DNA of 64,000 nt from Candidatus Tayloriibacteriota bacterium. Lineage in GTDB: Bacteria > Patescibacteriota > Minisyncoccia > Phycocordibacterales > PALSA-1337. Numbering within the stretch: position 1 is the first letter of the stretch; each line of letters begins with the position of its first letter. Position numbers and translations under genes: made by a program. This document shows, one piece after another, positions 1-9,459 of this stretch. The DNA lies in assembly GCA_016215455.1 (NCBI GenBank), contig JACRJP010000002.1, positions 151,622-215,621 of the forward strand, in the 5' to 3' direction. The notes under the pieces were generated by a model. That model was not told the DNA's origin and searched no databases. It worked only from the letters and a program-made list of their open reading frames with translations.

Positions 1-908
1 TGGATACTACAAAAATGTGAGCTTCTACCAGCAATCATTTTACGGAGAATTTTTCCTTTGCATCCTGGCTTACTACATAATGTACCTGTTTTTCGATATG
101 CACGATGAGTTTCTTGAAACTTACCCCGTTCTCCATGAATATTTCGATAGTCAGACATTGAATCGCCACCGAAGTCGATTCCTTGCATAAGAGTGGTTCG
201 AATTGCTGTGTAGAGTTTTTTTAGATAGGGAAGCGAGATGGTCTCGACGGGTTGTTCTGGGTGTATCCCTGCTCGCCACAATGATTCATCTGCATAGATA
301 TTACCGATGCCTGCGATAATACTTTGATCCATGAGCGTTGGTTTTATTTTCCCCTGAGGTTTTGTTCTGAGTTGTGATCGAAATACTTCGAAAGAGAATT
401 CTTTTTCAAGTGGTTCAGGACCAATATCCTTGAGATGATTTGTTGTTGTGTGATGGTGGTGGGGGATGAAGGTTACTTTGGCAAATTTTCTCATATCAGA
501 GAGCGCTACGTGTCGTTTATTGGAAAGAGTGAGGACAAAGTGGATAAAGCGATTGAAAGGATCTTTGAGAGGTCCTTCTTCGATTGGTGTCCAAGAATTC
601 TTTGAATTAAAGGCATATTTTCCATAGAGCATATGTCCAGTCATTTTCATATGAACGAGGATGCTACCTATTTCTGTACCATCACGTGTGAGGTGGATTA
701 GGATATTTTTAGCACGACGACTCACATGAGAGATCGTGCTTCCAACTACCTCTTTTTTGAACTTTTTGAAGTATGTAGGGTTTTTAATTGAGTCTTTTCC
801 TTCAAAAAATTTACTATTATAGTCAGTCCATACATCAGTGATGACTAAGTCTCGGATGTGAGTATCGAGACCGTGGGTGGTTGTTTGGACCTCGGGTAAT
901 TCTGGCAT
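1..908 (-). CDS. mutM: Formamidopyrimidine-DNA glycosylase (Fpg/MutM), 3' end truncated by window edge
   Basis: Minus-strand translation from ATG at 908 begins MPELPEVQTT.., the Fpg N-terminal catalytic PELPEVE signature. A C-terminal Cys-rich zinc-finger region (CSKPGCKGK) is present. The reading frame continues to the window start. Confidence 0.8.
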   Translation of the reverse strand, partial: MPELPEVQTTTHGLDTHIRDLVITDVWTDYNSKFFEGKDSIKNPTYFKKFKKEVVGSTISHVSRRAKNILIHLTRDGTEIGSILVHMKMTGHMLYGKYAFNSKNSWTPIEEGPLKDPFNRFIHFVLTLSNKRHVALSDMRKFAKVTFIPHHHHTTTNHLKDIGPEPLEKEFSFEVFRSQLRTKPQGKIKPTLMDQSIIAGIGNIYADESLWRAGIHPEQPVETISLPYLKKLYTAIRTTLMQGIDFGGDSMSDYRNIHGERGKFQETHRAYRKTGTLCSKPGCKGKILRKMIAGRSSHFCSI

Positions 909-935
909 ATACTATATATACCACATTACATCTCA

Positions 936-2189
936 ATGAAACATAAAGTTCTTCTTACTGCACTTATTATTTTCCTAGGATCAGTATCTGGAGTCATCTC
1001 TGTTGATACGTTTGAAAAAACCATAGCAAACATTCAGACTGGTATGTATAACGCTGCGGGAGTATTTTTTGTCGATAGTATTACAGTATCTTCGTTACAT
1101 GCTAATTATAAAAATGCAGACAAGGTGAGTGTTGATGTGAATGGTCAAAAGGTATCAGACAAAATTAAAATTCTCATCGTTCCAGGACATGAACCAAACT
1201 ATGGAGGTACTGAATATCGTAATCTCAAAGAACGTGACATTGTTGTTGATATTGCCGACAACCTCGCAACTATTCTTCGGACAAATCCCCGCTATGAAGT
1301 GATTGTGGCTCGTGATAAGAATGGATGGAATCCTATACTTGATGAATACTTTAGTCGTGAATGGGAAAATATTCTGGAATGGAAGGAGAAATATAAAGCT
1401 GAAATGATACGACTTGTAGGGCAGGGTCTTGTGAAGATTCACACTGAAGGAGTAGAACATAATAGTGCCCCAAATGATGTTGCTCGACGACTCTACGGTA
1501 TTAATAAATGGACAGTTGAGAATAATGTAGATATCGCTCTGCACTTACATATTAATGACAATCCTCGTAGTAATACCCGAAACCCTGGAAAATATTCTGG
1601 TTTTACGATCTATGTTCCTGAACGTCAGTATTCAAATGCAAAAGCGACGGGAGCTGTTGCGGATACTGTTTCTCGTCGACTTTCAAAATATTTTGCTACA
1701 AGTAATCTACCTCAAGAATCAGATGGTATTGTTGAAGATCAGGAATTGGTAGCAATTGGTCGACATAATACTGTCGATGCAGTAAGTATGCTCATTGAAT
1801 ATGGGTATATATATGAACCTCAGTATGAAGAGAAAGATATTCGAGATCTTATTGTAAAAGAATATGCACTGAGTACATATCTTGGTATCCAAGATTTTTT
1901 TGGTGCCCCGAATGCAAAAATTGATGGAGCGGACTCATTCCTTCTCTCTCAGAAGTTGACTCATGGAGGACCAACGGATATTTTAGCGGTGCAGTTTATA
2001 CTTGCACATAAAGGGTACTATCCTCCTTCAGGTAAAACTAAAAATGAATGTGGAATGACGGGTATTCTTGGTCCATGCACATTAACAGCACTTCAAAAAT
2101 TTCAGCACGATCAAGGTATTTCGGATGAGACGGGAAGAGTAGGTGAAAAAACTCAGAAAGCTCTCTATACGGTTACTTCTATTCAGTAG
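936..2189 (+). CDS. Exported N-acetylmuramoyl-L-alanine amidase-like protein with C-terminal peptidoglycan-binding domain
   Basis: N-terminal signal/TM (MKHKVLLTALIIFLGSVSG). Central Amidase_3-like segment (ILIVPGHEPNYGGTEY.. HLHINDNP). C-terminal PG_binding_1-like repeat (GMTGILGPCTLTALQKFQHDQGI). Confidence 0.55.
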   Translation: MKHKVLLTALIIFLGSVSGVISVDTFEKTIANIQTGMYNAAGVFFVDSITVSSLHANYKNADKVSVDVNGQKVSDKIKILIVPGHEPNYGGTEYRNLKERDIVVDIADNLATILRTNPRYEVIVARDKNGWNPILDEYFSREWENILEWKEKYKAEMIRLVGQGLVKIHTEGVEHNSAPNDVARRLYGINKWTVENNVDIALHLHINDNPRSNTRNPGKYSGFTIYVPERQYSNAKATGAVADTVSRRLSKYFATSNLPQESDGIVEDQELVAIGRHNTVDAVSMLIEYGYIYEPQYEEKDIRDLIVKEYALSTYLGIQDFFGAPNAKIDGADSFLLSQKLTHGGPTDILAVQFILAHKGYYPPSGKTKNECGMTGILGPCTLTALQKFQHDQGISDETGRVGEKTQKALYTVTSIQ

Positions 2190-3456
2190 TGTGACCCGTG
2201 ATTTGGGCGATGAGTTCCTCTCGTGCAACACGAGCATCATCCCAAGGTTCTTTGGTTCCTTTTGGTCCCATGATGTACGGATCAGTTCCTTTGCCAGTAA
2301 TGAGAATGACATCGCCAGTACGAGCCTGAGAAATTGCTTCACGAATAGCAGCTCGTCGATCCATGATGATTACTGGAGTCTGTGAGGTAATACCTTGAGC
2401 TACATCTTTTACAATCTGTTCAGGATCTTCGTCATAGGGATCTTCATTGGTGAGGATGATGCTTTCAGAATATGTATCAGCAATTCGTCCCATCTCTTTT
2501 CGTTTCCAGTTATCACGCCCACCACCTGTACCTCCGAGCACAGCAATGATGCGAGAATTTTCAAAGACCTGATAGAGTTTTTCGAGGGAGTCTGTTGTGT
2601 GGGCATAGTCAACAATGACGGTAAAATCTTGTCCGACATCTATCTTTTCGACACGGCCGCGAATGCCAGTAAACTTTGAGAGAGCTGATCGAATTTGTTC
2701 TTTGGTAATGCTGTGTGCGAGAGCAGCATTTGCAGCGGCCAATACATTGTAGATGTTAAATACACCTGAAAGATGTGATGACATCGCTTCGCCTTGGAAT
2801 GTCATATCAAAACCCTCTTTCTTTAAGGTGTAGGGAAGAGCATCTTCAATACCAAACAATCGTCGTTCATCACATTTGATCTCAAGGAATTTAGAAGATT
2901 CTTTGTCATCTCGATTAATGACGATAGTTTTGTGAGGCTTTTTTGATTTCTCAATTTCTTTCACAATTTCAAGTTTAGCTTTCAGGTATGCATCATACGA
3001 ACCATGAGAATCAATATGTTCAGGTGCGATGTTTGTAAAGACAACTGTATCAAGATCAATATACTTATTTCGATACTGTAAATATCCTTGAGAAGTGATC
3101 TCCATTACTATATGAGTACAACCCGCGTTTACCGCTCGTCGAAGAAGTCTCTGTACCACCATTCGTCCCGGCATCGACATCTTATACATATTATCGATGT
3201 ATTCCTTATCAATTTTAAAATGAATCGTACTTGAAAGAGCTGTTTTGTGACCAGCTTCTTCAAGAAATGCATTAATGAGTTCAACTGTTGAACTTTTGCC
3301 TTTGGTACCGGTAACTCCAATTACTGTAATGTGTCGAGAAGGGAATCGATATATAAGGGCACCAGCTAAAGCTAGTATTCGATGATATGTAGGTTGAGCC
3401 CATGTAAAGATGGGTGTTGGAATGATTGTTTGAATGGTACGGAGAAATTGTTCCAT
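2179..3456 (-). CDS. Mur ligase family protein (MurE/CphA-type; DYAH motif)
   Basis: P-loop VIGVTGTKGKSST near N-terminus. DYAHTTDSL motif typical of MurE/cyanophycin-synthetase-type Mur ligases. 425 aa. 3' end overlaps the convergent amidase gene by 11 nt. Confidence 0.6.
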   Translation of the reverse strand: MEQFLRTIQTIIPTPIFTWAQPTYHRILALAGALIYRFPSRHITVIGVTGTKGKSSTVELINAFLEEAGHKTALSSTIHFKIDKEYIDNMYKMSMPGRMVVQRLLRRAVNAGCTHIVMEITSQGYLQYRNKYIDLDTVVFTNIAPEHIDSHGSYDAYLKAKLEIVKEIEKSKKPHKTIVINRDDKESSKFLEIKCDERRLFGIEDALPYTLKKEGFDMTFQGEAMSSHLSGVFNIYNVLAAANAALAHSITKEQIRSALSKFTGIRGRVEKIDVGQDFTVIVDYAHTTDSLEKLYQVFENSRIIAVLGGTGGGRDNWKRKEMGRIADTYSESIILTNEDPYDEDPEQIVKDVAQGITSQTPVIIMDRRAAIREAISQARTGDVILITGKGTDPYIMGPKGTKEPWDDARVAREELIAQITGHTTE

Positions 3457-4031
3457 TAGTTGAGAATTTTAAGAGCGGCTTTGACGCGTGCTCCGGTATC
3501 GGTAACAGATCGATCGATTTTTTTGAGAGCATCGCGTATTTCTGCAGGGGAATAGCCAAGAGATTTGAGTGCCTCAATGGTGTCATTATCAGTTGAGCGT
3601 GCCTCTGCATTATTTTCGTGTCCAATATCATCCACCTTATCCTTCAGTTCAAGAACAATCTTTTCGGCGTTTTTCTTTCCAATTCCTGATACTTTGGTGA
3701 GGAGGGAGGTATCATTTTGATGAATTGCTGATTGAATCATGTCGATTGAGGCGACACTAAGGATTCCGAGAGCTGTCTTTGGTCCAATTCCTGATACGGT
3801 AATGAGAAGTTCAAAAAATGATAATTCATTTCGTGTGGTAAAGCCATATAGATCAAGGGCGGTATCTCGAACTACGAGATATGTCCAGAGGGTGATCTCA
3901 GTGTTTTTTGATTCACTTGTTTTGAGAAGGACGTCAGGAGTCCCGTATACTTTATATCCAACTCCGCCAACATTTAAGATAATGTATTTGAGGTCGTGGT
4001 ATATAACTGTTCCTGTAAGGCTTCCAATCAT
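3456..4031 (-). CDS. ruvA: Holliday junction branch migration protein RuvA
   Basis: MIGSLTGTV N-terminus. Two HhH motifs (SGIGPKTALGIL; VSGIGKKNAEKIV). C-terminal domain III. 191 aa. Confidence 0.85.
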   Translation of the reverse strand: MIGSLTGTVIYHDLKYIILNVGGVGYKVYGTPDVLLKTSESKNTEITLWTYLVVRDTALDLYGFTTRNELSFFELLITVSGIGPKTALGILSVASIDMIQSAIHQNDTSLLTKVSGIGKKNAEKIVLELKDKVDDIGHENNAEARSTDNDTIEALKSLGYSPAEIRDALKKIDRSVTDTGARVKAALKILN

Positions 4032-4139
4032 GCACCAATCATATACTAAAGAGGGAATTTTGTCGTTTCAGCCTATCTGTGTAGGCATCTCTTGTATTTT
4101 CTGAAACAGTATGGTACTCTCTTCCTACATACAAATCAT

Positions 4140-4415
4140 ATGCCAATCACGTCATCAGCCAAAAAAGCACTCCGTGCATCAAAGAAAAAGCGAGTATATA
4201 ACCTCCGCCGAAAGAGTACGATGGATGCAGTTGTTAAGGATTTCCAGAAGTTCGTATCTGACAAGAAGGTAAAGGAAGCTATCGCTCTTCTCCCAGCTCT
4301 CTATAAAGCAGCAGACAAGGCAGCAAAGACAAACTTCATCAAGAAGAATGCAGCAGCCCGCATCAAGTCTCGAGCAGTCGCTCTTGTACGAAAGCTAGAA
4401 GCAAAGACTAAGTAA
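4140..4415 (+). CDS. rpsT: 30S ribosomal protein S20
   Basis: MPITSSAKKALRASKKKRVYNLRRKS matches the S20 N-terminus (MANIKSAKKR...). Start taken at the internal ATG rather than the ORF-track start. Followed by a terminator. Confidence 0.8.
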   Translation: MPITSSAKKALRASKKKRVYNLRRKSTMDAVVKDFQKFVSDKKVKEAIALLPALYKAADKAAKTNFIKKNAAARIKSRAVALVRKLEAKTK

Positions 4416-4424
4416 CTCAACAAT

Positions 4425-4452
4425 AAAAAACCACCCTAGGGTGGTTTTTTAT
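4425..4452 (+). terminator. Rho-independent terminator after rpsT
   Basis: A-run, then CCACCC-ta-GGGTGG hairpin, then TTTTTT. Confidence 0.7.
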
Positions 4453-4468
4453 TGTTTGGATTATTTAA

Positions 4469-4543
4469 TGGTGCCCCTGCGTGGAATCGAACCACGATTT
4501 TGAGTTCCGCAAACTCATGTCCTATCCGTTGAACGACAAGGGC
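4469..4543 (-). tRNA. tRNA-Arg, anticodon GCG (assignment tentative), CCA encoded
   Basis: Hand-folded cloverleaf. Acceptor GCCCTTG/CAGGGGC, D-arm GTTC..GGAC, anticodon stem TGAGT/ACTCA with loop TTGCGGA, T-arm CGTGG-TTCGATT-CCACG, discriminator A plus CCA. Confidence 0.7.
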
Positions 4544-4587
4544 GTTTTGTCGCACTACATTATCACACTTTTAACATTTTACAAAAA

Positions 4588-5049
4588 CTAAAAACCAAGC
4601 CAATCAAAGACTTTATGAAGAACTGGCTCAGGGTGTTCTACTTCAGCAATATAGTTGAGTAATACCGAACGCACATCTTCGGGGTGTACATTCAAGAGGG
4701 GAATGACAAGGTAAGGCATAAGTGCCTTGTGAGATTTGATGACAAGCTTTGGAGTGTGATGAAGCACATCAACCCAGAATGATTCGAGTCCTAAAAAGGG
4801 ATAGAGTGTCTTATTAATAATAATCCCACGGTCATTAATCTCACATTCAAGCTTGTTTGGATCACGAGATACTTTGATAACTAAAGCAAAAGCAGAGACA
4901 ATAACAAGAATTCCAAATATTGCATTATCAAAAATAAAAGCGAGTACTGCGATAGTGAGGGTGATGATTCCTACAGCCCAATACCAATCCATGCCGCGGA
5001 CGTAGTCAACATGTTCGGGAGTTTCCCATTGAATCAAAGGTTCAAGCAT
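4588..5049 (-). CDS. Hypothetical membrane protein
   Basis: 153-aa ORF with a hydrophobic helix (WAVGIITLTIAVLAFIF..ILVIVSAFALVI). No recognisable motif. Confidence 0.4.
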   Translation of the reverse strand: MLEPLIQWETPEHVDYVRGMDWYWAVGIITLTIAVLAFIFDNAIFGILVIVSAFALVIKVSRDPNKLECEINDRGIIINKTLYPFLGLESFWVDVLHHTPKLVIKSHKALMPYLVIPLLNVHPEDVRSVLLNYIAEVEHPEPVLHKVFDWLGF

Positions 5050-5112
5050 AAGAATATTGTATCACAGGGCTGTCGAGTATCCTGTGAATTCGCCTCGTGT
5101 TAATATTTGCTC

Positions 5113-5664
5113 ATGAAAATAGCATTTGTCGGACAACCTGCTGTTGGAAAAGATGCTGTTGCTGAGTATATTGCTCGACATTATAAACTTACACATATTT
5201 CTAGTGGAGATTTGATACGAGCGTACGTTACGGAAAATAATCTTGGAGGCCTCGATCGTACAAATTTACAGGTTGTGGGGAATAAGCTCCGTGCTCAGTA
5301 CGGGGGAGACTATCTTGTTGTGTTAGCTCTAAGAAAAACCCCTGACAATCTTATTCTCACAGGTCTACGAACAATAGATGAGGTAGAGACATTCAAAAAA
5401 ACAGGAGGTACTGTCATTGCTATCACAGCTCCGATAGAATTTCGTTATCAACTCGCTAAGAAGCGTGGGCGTATTGGAGAAAACATTTCTTTCGAAGAAT
5501 TTAAAAATATTGAAGAACAAGAAGCTCAGAACCCTGATCGAAATTCACAGAATGTTAATCAAGTTATTGGAATGGCAACTATTGAAGTTGTAAATGAAGG
5601 AACTCTCGAAGAACTTTTTGAAAAGGTGAAAAGGGTAGTTGATGGTATGAGGGTGTCTCAGTAG
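5113..5664 (+). CDS. P-loop nucleoside/nucleotide kinase family protein (adenylate-kinase-like)
   Basis: Walker A-like FVGQPAVGKDAV followed by ISSGDLIRAYV, reminiscent of the adenylate/cytidylate kinase NMP-binding region. First ATG is 5113; the ORF-track start at 5107 is a TTG. Confidence 0.45.
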   Translation: MKIAFVGQPAVGKDAVAEYIARHYKLTHISSGDLIRAYVTENNLGGLDRTNLQVVGNKLRAQYGGDYLVVLALRKTPDNLILTGLRTIDEVETFKKTGGTVIAITAPIEFRYQLAKKRGRIGENISFEEFKNIEEQEAQNPDRNSQNVNQVIGMATIEVVNEGTLEELFEKVKRVVDGMRVSQ

Positions 5665-5677
5665 ATGCTTTATTTTG

Positions 5678-5764
5678 CGGATGGGGTGAGATTCGAACTC
5701 ACGGCCCCCTTGCGAGGGCGACAGTTTTCAAGACTGTTCCATTAGACCACTCTGGCACCCATCC
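5678..5764 (-). tRNA. tRNA-Ser, anticodon UGA (class II, long variable arm)
   Basis: Acceptor GGATGGG/CCCATCC. Anticodon stem ACAGT/ACTGT with loop CTTGAAA. Long variable arm CGCCCTCGCAAGGGGGC. T-arm GTGAG-TTCGAAT-CTCAC. Discriminator G; no encoded CCA. Confidence 0.8.
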
Positions 5765-5850
5765 GTGTATGGCCCGTATCATAGCAAAAACGAGCAAAAA
5801 AGCCAACATTTGTGCTATTTTTATTGCCTGCTATACTCGTGGTATTGAAT

Positions 5851-6243
5851 ATGAAATATCTCGGCATTGATTATGGTGAAAAAAGAGTAGGTGTAGCAAT
5901 TTCTGATGAGATGGCAGCTTTCGCTTTTCCATATGAAATTGTAAAAAATTCACCACACCTCATTTCTGATATTGCAGCTATTTGTACCAAAGAGGGGATT
6001 GGAGAAATTATTGTAGGTGAATCAAATGACTATAACGGTGTACCAAATGCAATTATGAAAAAGACAAATGAGTTTGTAGCTCAACTCGGTGCAGTAACTA
6101 AAATTCCTGTACGTCTTGAACTTGAATTTATGACGTCGGCTCATGCTGCTCGAGGACAAGGTGAACATAAGCTTCTTGATGCGTCTGCTGCTGCACTCAT
6201 TCTCCAAAGCTTTCTTGATCGTCGCAAGAATGGTGTTGTCTAA
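5851..6243 (+). CDS. ruvX: Holliday junction resolvase-like RNase RuvX/YqgF
   Basis: MKYLGIDYGEKRVGVAISDE matches the YqgF N-terminus (GxDxGxKxxGxAxSD). About 130 aa. Confidence 0.75.
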   Translation: MKYLGIDYGEKRVGVAISDEMAAFAFPYEIVKNSPHLISDIAAICTKEGIGEIIVGESNDYNGVPNAIMKKTNEFVAQLGAVTKIPVRLELEFMTSAHAARGQGEHKLLDASAAALILQSFLDRRKNGVV

Positions 6244-6264
6244 GATTTACTATATACTATCTCT

Positions 6265-6654
6265 ATGATTACGTATGATGATTTTGCAAAAGTAGAAATA
6301 CGAGCAGGAAAGATTCTTTCGGCAGAAAAGATTCCTGATACGAATAAGCTTCTCAAGCTTCAAGTTGATTTTAATGAAAAGAACGCAGAAGGTGTTTCGG
6401 TTCCTCGCCAGATTATCTCGGGTATTGCAATGTATTTTCCTGATCCTGCGGTACTTGTGGGTAAGACGTGTATGTTCGTAACAAATCTTGAGCCGCGTAT
6501 GATTAAGGGGTATGAAAGTAATGGAATGTTGTTCGCACTTTCAACTCCAGGAGTGCCAATTGTTGCCGAAGATGGAACTACAACTCCGACAGTAGGTAAC
6601 TTCTCACTTCTTGAACCAAACGATTCTATACCACCAGGTACAAAAGCATGCTAA
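6265..6654 (+). CDS. tRNA-binding domain protein (CsaA/Trbp111/EMAP-like)
   Basis: MITYDDFAKVEIRAGKILSAEKIPDTNKLLKLQVDF is the canonical OB-fold tRNA-binding domain opening (DF.K.dlRvG.I....). Confidence 0.6.
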   Translation: MITYDDFAKVEIRAGKILSAEKIPDTNKLLKLQVDFNEKNAEGVSVPRQIISGIAMYFPDPAVLVGKTCMFVTNLEPRMIKGYESNGMLFALSTPGVPIVAEDGTTTPTVGNFSLLEPNDSIPPGTKAC

Positions 6655-7244
6655 AGATTATTGATCCAACATTTATTATTCAAACAGCAGGGGCACTCGG
6701 TGTTATCTTGATTGTATTTGCTGAGTCAGGGCTTTTTTTTGGGTTTTTCTTACCTGGTGATTCTCTTCTTTTTACAGCTGCACTTTTTGCATCACAAGGA
6801 TATCTCAATATCTGGATTTTATATGTAGGATGTCTAGTTGCTGCAATCGTCGGTGATTCGGTCGGGTATAGTTTTGGAAAAAAGATTGGTCCTGCACTAT
6901 TTACTAAAGAAGACTCATTATTTTTTAATAAGAAGCATATAGCACGAGCACAACATTTTTATGAAGTTCATGGAAAGAAAACCATTATTATTGCTCGTTT
7001 TATACCAATTGTTCGTACGTTTGCTCCGATTGTAGCGGGGATAGGGAATATGAAATATCGGACATTTCTTTCATACAATGTTATTGGTGGCTTTATTTGG
7101 GTTACCGGTTTCTTGGGACTCGGATATGTTCTCGGTGCTACAGTTCCGGGTATTGATAAGTATCTTCATTACATAGTTCTTGGGATTATTGTTCTTTCTT
7201 TTATACCCCCGGTTATACACGTCCTCAAGGAACGCAAAATGTAG
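6648..7244 (+). CDS. DedA/SNARE-associated family membrane protein
   Basis: FAESGLFFGFFLPGDSLLFTAALFA matches the DedA signature (E.G....PG-D). Multiple TM helices. 198 aa. Confidence 0.7.
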   Translation: MLKIIDPTFIIQTAGALGVILIVFAESGLFFGFFLPGDSLLFTAALFASQGYLNIWILYVGCLVAAIVGDSVGYSFGKKIGPALFTKEDSLFFNKKHIARAQHFYEVHGKKTIIIARFIPIVRTFAPIVAGIGNMKYRTFLSYNVIGGFIWVTGFLGLGYVLGATVPGIDKYLHYIVLGIIVLSFIPPVIHVLKERKM

Positions 7245-7268
7245 TACAATAGAGCTACAAACAGCTCT

Positions 7269-8342
7269 ATGGCATCGCTTTTTTATAAACTTTTTCCAAC
7301 ACCGGCACTTCTACATGTTCCACATGTAGGTCTTGATATCTCTGATGACATGATTCGTGTTATTCAATTTGATACGGTTGGAGCTCATACAAAAATAAAG
7401 TTTGTTGGTGAACGACCTCTTCCTTCTGGTGTCATTGACGCAGGATATATTACTAATGAGCAGGCTTTAACAACCGAGATTTCAAGTTTGCTTAAAGATT
7501 ACAATTTTACGTACGCACAGGTGTCGCTTCCGGAAGAGAAGATGTATGTGTTTACTCTTGAAGTTTCTGGTACAACTGATGAAGAGATACGAAACTCAAT
7601 AGAATTTCATCTTGAAGAAAATGTACCGATTCCACCAAGTCAGGCCGTTTTTGAGTATGAATCAATTGAATGGAAGGATGAGGTGTGTACAAAAGTGAGT
7701 GTTGTTGTGTTCCCACAAAAAACAGTCGATACCTACCTCACGGCAGTTGAGAGAGCAGGAGTGAAGGTAATTGGATTTTTGAGTCAGCCACAGGCCATTG
7801 TACGATCGGTGGTTCCTTCACATAGTCCACATGCGGTTCTTGTTGTTCACATCTCTGAAACTAAGACAAGTGTGGTTGTTGCAGTTGATCATGTAATTCG
7901 TTTTAGTTCGACAATTGCAATCGGAGGAGCATCGATCACTGAAGCAATCAAGAAAAATTTCAGTGCTTCTGATGCAAAAGATTCTAATATTCAAATATTG
8001 CGTCAGCAGTCACTCATGGATGCAAAGAAAGGGAAGGAGGTGTTTGGTGCGGCAATGAATATCTTTTCTGCAATTAAGGATGAGGTGCAAAAGGTGTATT
8101 CATACTGGCAGACACATTCAAATGACAACGCAGGTATATCAGAAATCATTCTTTCAGGGCAGGACGTAACTCTTCCTGGTCTTGATATGTATATGTCGTC
8201 TGTGATTAAGGTTCCTACACGGATTGCTGATGTTTGGGTAAATTCAGGTGTAGGATTGCCTGTACATGAGCTTGAATTTATCAAAGCCCTTGATTACCCA
8301 GCTGCGATTGGATTAGCTTTTTCATCTGAAAAAATATCATGA
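7269..8342 (+). CDS. pilM: Type IV pilus assembly protein PilM (actin-like ATPase fold)
   Basis: N-terminal ..VGLDISDDMIRVIQF.. with an actin-like fold pattern. 357 aa. Followed immediately by PilN- and PilO-like genes with overlapping stop/start codons. Confidence 0.65.
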   Translation: MASLFYKLFPTPALLHVPHVGLDISDDMIRVIQFDTVGAHTKIKFVGERPLPSGVIDAGYITNEQALTTEISSLLKDYNFTYAQVSLPEEKMYVFTLEVSGTTDEEIRNSIEFHLEENVPIPPSQAVFEYESIEWKDEVCTKVSVVVFPQKTVDTYLTAVERAGVKVIGFLSQPQAIVRSVVPSHSPHAVLVVHISETKTSVVVAVDHVIRFSSTIAIGGASITEAIKKNFSASDAKDSNIQILRQQSLMDAKKGKEVFGAAMNIFSAIKDEVQKVYSYWQTHSNDNAGISEIILSGQDVTLPGLDMYMSSVIKVPTRIADVWVNSGVGLPVHELEFIKALDYPAAIGLAFSSEKIS

Positions 8343-8890
8343 TGTATTCTTTTCTTCCTGAAATGTATAAGGCGACATTGCGAAAAGAGTATATCTCACG
8401 ACTCCTGACAATTTTGTTTTGTGCTATTGCCACGGCTGTTATTATCGGTGACATTGCTCTCGTACCTTCTGTTGTAGTATCGCGTAGCAAAAAAGTTGAG
8501 CTTGAAAATAGCCTTAGTCAAAATACACAAACGGCTTCGAGCTCGGTGTTTACACAGGTTAATACTGAAATAGATCGAGTGGATTCTTTGTTAAGCCACG
8601 TTACACTCTCACCAGTATCTCTTCCTGAGATTGTTATGGATATTGTATCTCGCAAGAACGCAGGCATTAGAATCAGGGAGTTTTTGGTATCATCTGATGC
8701 AGAAGGATACCATGTTTCAATAACCGCTATTGCTGATACACGTGATACATTAATAACTTTCAAGAAAGCTCTTGAACTCGATCCAAAGGTTACTAAGGTT
8801 GAGTTGCCTGTGTCAGATCTTGCTAAGAGTAAAAATATCTCTTTTGTGATTAAGGTCTCGGGTACAATAGAAAAAACTCCCCATGAATAA
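8339..8890 (+). CDS. PilN-like type IV pilus inner-membrane component
   Basis: N-terminal SFLPE motif (compare PilN INLLP) followed by a single TM helix (LLTILFCAIATAVIIGDIALV). 183 aa. 4-nt overlap with pilM. Confidence 0.5.
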   Translation: MMYSFLPEMYKATLRKEYISRLLTILFCAIATAVIIGDIALVPSVVVSRSKKVELENSLSQNTQTASSSVFTQVNTEIDRVDSLLSHVTLSPVSLPEIVMDIVSRKNAGIRIREFLVSSDAEGYHVSITAIADTRDTLITFKKALELDPKVTKVELPVSDLAKSKNISFVIKVSGTIEKTPHE

Positions 8891-9455
8891 AAATTCTCGC
8901 CACACAATTCTTTTGGTTACTTCAATTGTGATTACAATAATTCTCATTGCTGTTGGACTACTTTTATATCAAAGAATTTCTACATATCGATCAGATATCG
9001 GTCGTTTGTCAGGGGAGATTGAGATCGCGGCTCGTCAAGAAGAGGGAGCAAAGAAACTTCTTAAAGATTTTAAAGACACTGAAGATTCACGAGCTGCTCT
9101 AGTTTCATACTTTGTTTCAGATGATAAGATTGTGAATTTTATTCAAGTACTTGAAGCAACTGGTCCTAAGGTTGGCGCTCAAGCTGAGATCATGAGTCTT
9201 GATGCAGAGGATTCTACGGGCAAAGAAAAAGGTACGGTTACCTCAGCTCGTATTCGTCTCGAAGTACGAGGTTCGTGGTCAACGGTACTTCGTTATGTTA
9301 TGGCTGTTGAACGTTTGCCGTATGTTGTTGCAATAAATAATCTTAGTCTCCGAAATCTCGGAGGTATTCCAGCTGATGGTTCGCTCACACCTGTTAAAAA
9401 TCAGTCGTCTCAGTGGGTAGCAAATTTCGAACTTTCGATTCAGAAAATATTGTAA
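8883..9455 (+). CDS. PilO-like type IV pilus inner-membrane component
   Basis: Single N-terminal TM (ILLVTSIVITIILIAVGLLLY), then a coiled-coil region and a C-terminal ferredoxin-like segment. Position after pilM/pilN. 8-nt overlap with upstream gene. Confidence 0.45.
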   Translation: MNKNSRHTILLVTSIVITIILIAVGLLLYQRISTYRSDIGRLSGEIEIAARQEEGAKKLLKDFKDTEDSRAALVSYFVSDDKIVNFIQVLEATGPKVGAQAEIMSLDAEDSTGKEKGTVTSARIRLEVRGSWSTVLRYVMAVERLPYVVAINNLSLRNLGGIPADGSLTPVKNQSSQWVANFELSIQKIL

Positions 9456-9459
9456 ATAT

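Noticed and set aside
2179-3456. Calling the Mur-ligase protein specifically MurE, FolC or cyanophycin synthetase
   Set aside because: The P-loop and DYAH motif place it in the Mur-ligase family only. Substrate specificity cannot be assigned from motifs alone, and it is not in a mur/dcw operon.
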